From positions 1 through 29,614 of the forward strand of contig NW_021832967.1 of NCBI RefSeq assembly GCF_006345805.1: a stretch of DNA of 29,614 bases, written 5' to 3'. The DNA is from Octopus sinensis (taxonomy: Eukaryota). The notes under the pieces are model-generated. The model saw nothing but the letters and a program-made list of their open reading frames with translations. It did not search any database and had not been told where the DNA came from. This document shows, piece by piece, positions 20,201 through 29,614 of the stretch. The stretch's first letter is position 1, and the number at the start of each line of letters is the position of its first letter. The translations under genes were made by a program, and so were the position numbers.

Positions 20201-23200
20201 ACTGGTGCTGTTGCCACATTAAAAGTACTGGTGCTGGTGCCACATTAAAAGTACTGGTGCTGGTGCCACATTAAAAGCACTGGTGCTGTTGCCACATTAA
20301 AAGCACTGGTGATGGTGCCACATTAAAAGCACTGGTGCTGTTGCCACATTAAAAGCACTGGTGATGGTGCCACATTAAAAGCACTGGTGATAGTGCCACA
20401 TTAAAAGCACTGGTGATGGTGCCACATTAAAAGCACTGGTGATGGTGCCACATTAAAAGCACTGGTGCTGTTGCCACATTAAAAGCACTGGTGCTGTTGC
20501 CACATTAAAAGTACTGGTGCTGGTGCCACATTAAAAGCACTGGTGCTGTTGCCACATTAAAAGTACTGGTGCTGGTGCCACATTAAAAGCACTGGTGCTG
20601 GTGCCACATTAAAAGCACTGGTGCTGGTGCCACATTAAAAGCACTGGTGATGGTGCCACATTAAAAGCACTGGTGCTGTTGCCACATTAAAAGTACTGGT
20701 GCTGGTGCCACATTAAAAGTACTGGTGCTGGTGCCACATTAAAAGCACTGGTGCTGTTGCCACATTAAAAGCACTGGTGATGGTGCCACATTAAAAGCAC
20801 TGGTGCTGGTGCCACATTAAAAGCACTGGTGATGGTGCCACATTAAAAGCACTGGTGCTGGTGCCACATTAAAAGTACTGGTGCTGGTGCCACATTAAAA
20901 GCACTGGTGCTGGTGCCACATTAAAAGTACTGGTGCTGGTGCCACATTAAAAGCACTGGTGATGGTGCCACATTAAAAGCACTGGTGCTGTTGCCACATT
21001 AAAAGTACTGGTGCTGGTGCCACATTAAAAGTACTGGTGCTGGTGCCACATTAAAAGCACTGGTGCTGTTGCCACATTAAAAGCACTGGTGCTGGTGCCA
21101 CATTGAAAGCACTGGTGCTGTTGCCACATTAAAAGTACTGGTGCTGGTGCCACACTAAAAGCACTGGTGCTGGTGCCACATTGAAAGCACTGGTGCTGGT
21201 GCCACATTAAAAGCACTGGTGCTGTTGCCACATTAAAAGCACTGGTGATGGTGCCACATTAAAAGCACTGGTGATGGTGCCACATTAAAAGCACTGGTGC
21301 TGTTGCCACATTGAAAGCACTGGTGATGGTGCCACATTAAAAGCACTGGTGATGGTGCCACATTAAAAGCACTGGTGCTGGTGCCACATTAAAAGCACTG
21401 GTGATGGTGCCACATTAAAAGCACTGGTGATGGTGCCACATTAAAAGCACTGGTGCTGGTGCCACATTGAAAGCACTGGTGATGGTGCCACATTAAAAGC
21501 ACTGGTGATGGTGCCACATTAAAAGCACTGGTGATGGTGCCACATGAAAGCACTGGTGATGGTGCCACATTAAAAGCACTGGTGCTGTTGCCACAATTAA
21601 AAGCACTGGTGATGGTGCCACATTAAAAGCACTGGTGATGGTGCCACATTAAAAGCACTGGTGATGGTGCCACATTAAAAGCACTGGTGATGGTGCCACA
21701 TTAAAAGCACTGGTGATGGTGCCACATTAAAAGCACTGGTGATGGTGCCACATTGAAAGCACTGGTGATGGTGCCACATTAAAAGCACTGGTGCTGTTGC
21801 CACATTAAAAGCACTGGTGATGGTGCCACATTAAAAGCACTGGTGATGGTGCCACATTAAAAGCACTGGTGATGGTGCCACATTAAAAGCACTGGTGATG
21901 GTGCCACATTAAAAGCACTGGTGATGGTGCCACATTAAAAGCACTGGTGATGGTGCCACATTAAAAGCACTGGTGATAGTGCCACATTAAAAGCACTGGT
22001 GATGGTGCCACATTAAAAGCACTGGTGATGGTGCCACATTAAAAGCACTGGTGCTGGTGCCACATTGAAAGCACTGGTGATGGTGCCACATTGAAAGCAC
22101 TGGTGATGGTGCCACATTAAAAGCACTGGTGATGGTGCCACATTAAAAGCACTGGTGATGGTTCCACATTAAAAGCACTGGTGATGGTGCCACATTAAAA
22201 GCACTGGTGATGGTGCCACATTAAAAGCACTGGTGCTGTTGCCACATTAAAAGCACTGGTGATGGTGCCACATTAAAAGCACTGGTGATGGTGCCACATT
22301 AAAAGCACTGGTGCTGTTGCCACATTAAAAGCACTGGTGCTGTTGCCACATTAAAAGCACTGGTGATGGTGCCACATTAAAAGCACTGGTGATGGTGCCA
22401 CATTAAAAGCACTGGTGCTGTTGCCACATTAAAAGCACTGGTGCTGTTGCCACATTAAAAGCACTGGTGATGGTGCCACATTAAAAGCACTGGTGCTGTT
22501 GCCACATTAAAAGCACTGGTGATGGTGCCACATTAAAAGCACTGGTGCTGTTGCCACATTAAAAGCACTGGTGATGGTGCCACACTAAAAGCACTGGTGA
22601 TGGTGCCACATTAAAAGCACTGGTGATGGTGCCACATTAAAAGCACTGGTGCTGTTGCCACATTAAAAGCACTGGTGCTGTTGCCACATTAAAAGCACTG
22701 GTGATGGTGCCACATTAAAAGCACTGGTGATGGTGCCACATTAAAAGCACTGGTGCTGGTGCCACATTGAAAGCACTGGTGATGGTGCCACATTGAAAGC
22801 ACTGGTGATGGTGCCACATTAAAAGCACTGGTGCTGTTGCCACATTAAAAGCACTGGTGATGGTGCCACATTGAAAGCACTGGTGCTGTTGCCACATTAA
22901 AAGTACTGGTGATGGTGCCACACTAAAAGCACTGGTGCTGGTGCCACATTAAAAGCACTGGTGCTGTTGCCACATTAAAAGCACTGGTGCTGGTTCCACA
23001 TTAAAAGCACTGGTGCTGTTGCCACATTAAAAGCACTGGTGATGGTGCCACACTAAAAGTACTGATGCTGGTGCCACATTAAAAGCACTGGTGCTGTTGC
23101 CACATAAAGACCACTGGTGTTAATGTTACATGAAAACCCCTGGGCTGGGATCACATAAAAATCACTAGTGCTGGTGCCACAGAAAAATCGTTGATGATGG

Positions 23201-23232
23201 TGCCACATAACGAACGATTACTGGTGCTGGTA
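14242..23232. repeat. ~9 kb tandem array of a 26-bp unit (GCCACATTAAAAGCACTGGTG[C/A]TG[G/T]T), about 345 copies
   Basis: Period 26 (ACATTAAAAG at 14761 and 14787). Homogeneous core, degenerate edges, few recurrent variant positions. Confidence 0.97.
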
Positions 23233-23365
23233 GCAGTTTGGCAAAATAGACTTCTACAGTAAGTACCAAGCTTTCAAAAACATGCATGTAGGGGTCAATT
23301 TGTTCAGCTAAACTCTTCAAGGTAGTGCCTCAGCATGACCATGGTCCACTGACAAAACAAGTTAA
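23232..23365 (+). mobile_element. Older SINE-A-related tail abutting the array end
   Basis: AGCAGTTTGGCAAAATAGAC...AAGTACC...GGGGTCAATTTG...CAGCATG...AAACAAG aligns to the family-A tail. Confidence 0.65.
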
Positions 23366-23373
23366 CGATAAAC

Positions 23374-23769
23374 GAGTGGCTGTGTGGTAAGTAGCTTGCT
23401 AACCAACCACATGGTTCCGGGTTCAGTCCCACTGCGTGGCACCTTGGGCAAGTGTCTTCTGCTATAGCCTCGGGCCGACCAAAGCCCTGTGAGTGGATTT
23501 GGTAGACGAAAACTGAAAGAAGCCTTTCGTGTATATGTATATATATATGTATGTGTGTGTTTGTGTGTGTGTGTTTTGTCCCCTAGCATTGCTTGACAAC
23601 CGATGCTGGTGTGTTTACGTCCCCGTCACTTAGCGGTTCGGCAAAAGAGACCGATAGAATAAGTACTGGGCTTACAAAGAATAAGTCCCGGGGTCAATTT
23701 GCTCGACTAAAGGCGGTGCTCCAGCATGGCCGCAGTCAAATGACTGAAACAAGTAAAAGAGTAAAAGAG
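23374..23769 (+). mobile_element. SINE family A, full length
   Basis: Head, short microsatellite and tail match the consensus. Confidence 0.9.
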
Positions 23770-23778
23770 TATATATAC

Positions 23779-24350
<572 letters not shown>

Positions 24351-24538
24351 AAAAAAAATGCATATACATATACATATAATTATATACATAGATATGAAGA
24401 ACATCCAGCTGTGAAAACCAGGCCGAAAAACGCAAGGATTATGGCAGTATTCACCAACTTAAACAAGGAGACCATCCAGAAGAGTTGCTGGAAATTTCGA
24501 AGTCGTCAAGAGTCCATGGAAGAAGCCAATGGCGATTT

Positions 24539-24975
24539 TAATAATAATAATAATAATGAAATTATTGTATACAGTGCTCAGGTGCACCACAACTTGTCAG
24601 AAAGTGCATATAAAGTACATGCAGTAATGTAGAAATGTCTGGAAAGTGAACATGCTTGTGTGTGTATGGAGGGGAGAAAATCAAGTGTAGTGTGGCGAAT
24701 CTCAGGAAGCATGGAAGTCTTGAAGGATGCAGTGCTCGACAACTAACAACAACCGATGCCGACAGTTTGTTCCACGCTTCAGCAACTCTCAGCGTGAAAA
24801 AATGTTTCCTGAAGTCATGGGAGCTGTGCTGTTTTCTTACTTTGTAAATATGTCCACAGGTGTTAGATGGGTGGAGTTTGAAGAGGTGCTCAGTGCTATT
24901 GTTTGTGCGATGGTTGATAATTTTATGGGTGTCTGCCAGGTCAGCTGCCAGACGTCGGAGTTTCAATGTGTCCTA
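24539..24975 (-). mobile_element. 3' end of a CR1/L2-type LINE (ORF2 C-terminus, 3' UTR, (ATT)n tail)
   Basis: LRRLAADL..THKII...FKL..SNTCGH.YKVRK...RKHFFTLRVAEAWNKL matches the conserved CR1/L2-clade ORF2 C-terminal motif; (ATT)n at 24539-24557. Confidence 0.8.
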
Positions 24976-25121
24976 AATTTGCTCTTTAGAATTTCAAGAT
25001 ATTTTTATGTAATTTTGGTAACTATGTCTGTTAAAATGAGATGTCAGCGTTATTTCCATTTTTGCGTAATCTAGATGACAGTTTATTTACCACACCCTGT
25101 ATATATATACATATATACATA

Positions 25122-25161
<40 letters not shown>

Positions 25162-25214
25162 TATAATATATATATCTATATATGTATATATATATATGTA
25201 TATATATATATATG

Positions 25215-25274
<60 letters not shown>

Positions 25275-25526
25275 TATATATATATACATATATTACATAT
25301 AGATATACATACTAGACACTTGTGTATGTATGTATGTTGTACATATAGTAGGTATATACAAATATACATATTTGGTATACACATATATACATGTATATAT
25401 ATATATATGTATGTATATATATTATATATATATATAATTTTAATCCAAACGGGAAACAAAAAAACAACAACAATGGAACAATTACAGTATTATTATTAAT
25501 AGGCGCTCAGGAATGGAAGCAGGGAG

Positions 25527-25561
25527 GTATGACGTTTCGAGCGGAGCTCTTCGTCGGAAAC
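25527..25561 (-). ncRNA. Minimal type-I hammerhead motif, U4-to-C variant, within a short TA-tailed element (~25440-25700)
   Basis: Minus strand GTTT CCGACGA A GAGC-TCC-GCTC GAAAC GTC ATAC; ACGT stem III, GUC triplet, imperfect stem I. Confidence 0.65.
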
Positions 25562-26352
25562 ATAAAGAAGGAAGAGAGAGCAAAAGATCCCAGAGCGGGC
25601 AACAGGGAAAGAGAAAAAACGACTGGTGTTTACGAGTTGCACATGGTGAAAGGCGGATGTTTACGAAAACAGAGCAAAGTGGGTTTTTAAGGCAAAAGAG
25701 TGAGACAAGGTTGGTAACGCAACAGATGTGTGTGTATGTGTGAGTGTGTGCGTGTGCGTGTGTGTATGTGTGTGTGTGAGGCGAGATGAAAAAACAAAAA
25801 AATATATATGTGTGTGTTAGTGTGTCGTCTGTGTTAGGCGTGTGGAGGTAGGGCGAGACAGTGGTCAGCTTAGCAGACACAGGTCAGTAGTAAGAAAGAA
25901 GGAAGGAGGAAGGGAGGGAGGGGAAGGGGTGGGGGGCGTATGTAGCGTGCCAGCGTGTGTTGAGGAGTAGTAGTGTGTGTGTGTCCAGTGTCTGGTGGTA
26001 TAAAATGGCGAGTAGATTGAATGTGTGTAAGAGTAATGTATATATTTAAGCAATGTGTGTATATGTGTGCGCGTGTGTGTAACGAAAAGGGGGGGGTTAA
26101 GGAAAAGGACTACAGCTGAGGGGAAGATGGAAAAGTGGTCCCGCGGAGGCGGGCATATATGTGGTGTGTGTGGTGTGTGTGTGTGTATACCACATATGTA
26201 TATTTGTATATACCTACTATATGTACATACATACATACCAAGCGTCTATGTTCATATTTATCAAACAATCAATCATTTTCTCTATCTATATACATACACA
26301 CACAACACCACACACATATATTGTATATGTATATATATATACATATATATAT

Positions 26353-26410
<58 letters not shown>

Positions 26411-26497
26411 CATAATATACATATATTACATACATATGCATGTAGATCGCTAGTCATTACACATTCTTTAATTTCTCCCCTTGTTTCTTTCTGTGTT

Positions 26498-26534
26498 CCT
26501 TTCTGAGGAAGAGCATAGGCTCGAAACGTTAAAG
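26498..26534 (+). ncRNA. Minimal type-I hammerhead ribozyme within a short element (~26448-26625)
   Basis: CCTTT CTGAGGA A GAGC-ATAG-GCTC GAAAC GTT AAAG; stem I CTTT/AAAG, ACGT stem III, GUU triplet. Confidence 0.8.
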
Positions 26535-26830
26535 ACTTTTTCACTTCCCGAGTATTATACTAATACATCTGTTTGTTGTCTACACCACCTCTCTTTGTCT
26601 TTTGTTTTTTGTGAATTCTTAAAATTCACAAAATTTTATAATTATGAGTATAATTATAATTAGGGTTCAGCAAAAATTTGCTTCACCACATACCGTAATT
26701 TAGAAATAGCAGTTGAATTACTATTTCACTACCATAAGAAAATCTCCCACTCAAATTATAATCATACTCATAATTATAGAATTTTTGTATAAGTTTACCT
26801 ATAATGGTTCTTTTAACATACCGAACTACT

Positions 26831-27237
26831 TACTCTCTTTTACTCTTTTACTTGTTTCAGTCATTTGACTGCAGCCATGCTGGAGCACTGCCTTTAGTTG
26901 AGCAAATCGACCCCGGGACTTATTCTTTGTAAGCCCAGTACTTATTCTATCAGTCTCTTTTTGCCGAACCGCTAAGTAACGGGGACGTAACACACCAGCA
27001 TCGTTGTCAAGCAATGCTAGAGGGACCAACACAGAACACACAACACACACACACACACATATATATATACATATATACGACAGGCTTCTTTCATTTTCCG
27101 TCTACCAAATCCACTCACAAGGCATTGGTCGCCCGGGGCTATAGCAGAGACACTTGCCCAAGATGCCACGCAGTGGGACTGAACCCGGAACCATGTGTTT
27201 GTTAGCAAGCTGCTTACCACACAGCCACACCTGCGCC
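26831..27237 (-). mobile_element. SINE family A, full length
   Basis: Reverse complement of the consensus. Confidence 0.9.
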
Positions 27238-27264
27238 TGGTAAAATTATTAATTATTAATTAAA

Positions 27265-27641
27265 GCAGGAGTGGCTGTGTGGTAAGAAGCTTGCTTACCA
27301 ACAACATGGTTCTGGGTTCAGTCCCACTGCGTGGCATTTTGGGCAAGTGTCTTCTACTATAGCCTCGGGCCGACCAAAGCCTTGTGAGTGGATTTGGTAG
27401 ACGGAAACTGAAAGAAGCCTGTCGTGTATATGTATATATATATGTGTGTGTGTTTGTCCTCCCAACATTGCCTGACAACCGATGCTGGTGTGTTCATGTC
27501 CCCGTCACTTAGCAGTTTGGCAAAAGAGACCGATAGAATAAGTACTGGGCTTACAAAGACTAAGTCTTGGGGTCGATTTGCTTGACTAAAGGCGGTGCTC
27601 CAGCATGGCCGGAGTCAAATGACTGAAACAATTAAAAATGA
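27265..27641 (+). mobile_element. SINE family A, full length (head-to-head with the previous copy)
   Basis: Head and tail match the consensus; 27-bp AT-rich spacer to the minus-strand copy. Confidence 0.9.
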
Positions 27642-27661
27642 GTAATTAATTTTACCCTTTA

Positions 27662-27715
<54 letters not shown>

Positions 27716-27719
27716 GGGT

Positions 27720-28005
27720 AGATAGATAGATAGATAGATAGATAAATTTCTTTATTGGCCACACAAGGCTGCACACAGATGGGACAAGTTACAAGGTAGA
27801 GCTTTTCTTTTAGGGGATGAAAGAAAAAAGGGTGGCGTAGGTTTTCGATCAAAAGGGATCGTAAAAGGGAAAAAAAAACAAAAAAAAGGAAAAGAAAAAA
27901 AGAAAAAAGGGAAAAGGAACAAAGGAAAAGAAAAATAAAAAAGAAGAAAAGAGAGGAAAAAAAGGGGAAGAGGAAAAGAAAACAATCAATAGGGATCATG
28001 TATCA
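27720..28005 (-). mobile_element. Possible LINE 3' UTR fragment with poly(A) signal and (TATC)n tail
   Basis: Minus strand pyrimidine-rich tract, then AATAAA (27751-27756) immediately followed by (TATC)n. No coding evidence. Confidence 0.4.
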
Positions 28006-28006
28006 C

Positions 28007-28007
<1 letters not shown>

Positions 28008-28050
<43 letters not shown>

Positions 28051-28100
28051 GGATGGATGGATGGATAGATGGATGGGGATGGATGGATGGATAGATAGAT

Positions 28101-28143
<43 letters not shown>

Positions 28144-28157
28144 GGGTAGATAGATAG

Positions 28158-28190
<33 letters not shown>

Positions 28191-28314
28191 GGGTAGATAG
28201 ATAGATAGATAGATGGGTAGATAGATAGATAGATAGATAGATAGATGGGTAGATAGATAGATAGATAGATAGAGATAGATAGATAGATAGATACATTGAT
28301 AGATAGATAGATAG

Positions 28315-28347
<33 letters not shown>

Positions 28348-28378
28348 GGATGGATGGATGGATGGATGGATGGATGGA
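28008..28378. repeat. (GATA)n/(GGAT)n compound microsatellite
   Basis: Direct reading of the sequence. Confidence 0.95.
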
Positions 28379-28669
28379 CATATGCTCCTGCGTGTATACA
28401 AGTGTGTATATACATAATTTCAATATGTAAATTAAGCTGATATCACACCAGACTACTGCTAAACCTTGAACAAATGATGAAATGAATTAAAATAAATTCA
28501 ACAAAATAAGACACTTTGACCCAGGCTTGGCTAGCTAGAAACAAATATAAACAGTAGTTTAAAGGTCATTGGGTGAATTGTTGTAATGGAATAGGGGCGG
28601 GGATTATGCTGGGGGGGGGGTTATTGGGGAGGGGGTGGTGTTGATGCAGATACGAGCATATGCATAAGA

Positions 28670-29614
28670 ACATACACACATACACATATATATCTTATTA
28701 AATATATATATATATACCTAATATATATATATATATATAACACACATACATATATTTATACCCATATGTATGTAATTGTAGGATGTATGAGTGTAAGTAT
28801 ACAAGATATGAATATATAACGGGAAGCTTATGAAATAACAAAAGAGACGAAGGCAGGTGGGAAAAGACGTATATATGTATATGTATATATATGTATATAT
28901 ATATATGTATACATGTATATGTGTATGTATATATATATATATATATCTGTGAGTGTGTATGTATATGTGTTTATACATGCATATATATATATATATAGAT
29001 ATATATATATATAGATATATATATATATATATATTATATTATATATATATATATATATATATATTATATTATATATATATGTGTATATATTATGATATAT
29101 ATGTATATACATTCAATCGCTCTCCACGGACACACACACATATTCATATTATGCATGTATGCATGTAATTATGTATACAAATTACATACATACGCATATG
29201 AGTGGTTGGAGTATCATATATATATATATATGAAATATATACCTAGCTATGCAACTCTCTCTCTCTCACACATATACACCACCACACACACGTACACACC
29301 ACACATACACACACCACACATACACACACACATACACACGAACACCATACACAAATACACACACATACACATACACACACACATACACACATACACATAC
29401 ACACCACACATACACACGAAACAACATACAACAATACACACACATACACACACCACACATACACACACACACATATAAACACACACACATCACACGAACA
29501 CATACACAAATACACACACATGACACATACACACACACATACACACACACACATACACACACACATACACACGAACACATACACAAATACACACACATAC
29601 ACATACACACACAC
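28670..29614. repeat. (TA)n and (CA)n-rich low-complexity tracts
   Basis: Direct reading of the sequence. Confidence 0.9.

Noticed and set aside
14242-23232. CRISPR-like array or coding repeat (ORFs such as MAPAPVLLMWHQHQCFQCGT)
   Set aside because: No unique spacers and a eukaryotic context. The 26-bp period shifts frame each unit and TAA stops recur, so the Cys/His-rich ORFs are translation artefacts.
24395-24535. Part of the 230-aa ORF 23940-24632 as a real gene
   Set aside because: Most of the ORF is microsatellite and SINE tail, and the end is antisense LINE 3' UTR; the short unique part has no recognisable motif.

Overview
Repeat-saturated, AT/microsatellite-rich eukaryotic DNA with no recognisable host gene. 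The two tRNA-derived SINE families look like octopus/coleoid cephalopod repeats; this is recalled resemblance, not a database result. The only credible long coding region is a 5'-truncated but otherwise open Penelope-like retroelement ORF (RT + C-terminal GIY-YIG; open frame 6075-7964). A ~9 kb array of a 26-bp unit (14242-23232) with higher-order structure fills the middle. The rest is a dense, partly nested mosaic: two SINE families, non-autonomous Helitrons (including composites carrying piggyBac transposase fragments), a Merlin-like TIR element with an 8-bp TSD, a CR1/L2-type LINE 3' end and microsatellites. Five minimal type-I hammerhead ribozyme motifs from distinct sequence families were read directly from the sequence, plus one truncated remnant. 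One carries a reciprocal G3:C8 swap of the conserved C3:G8 core pair and sits in a ~120-bp-arm palindrome. Nearly all other ORFs in the track are microsatellite or satellite translation artefacts.
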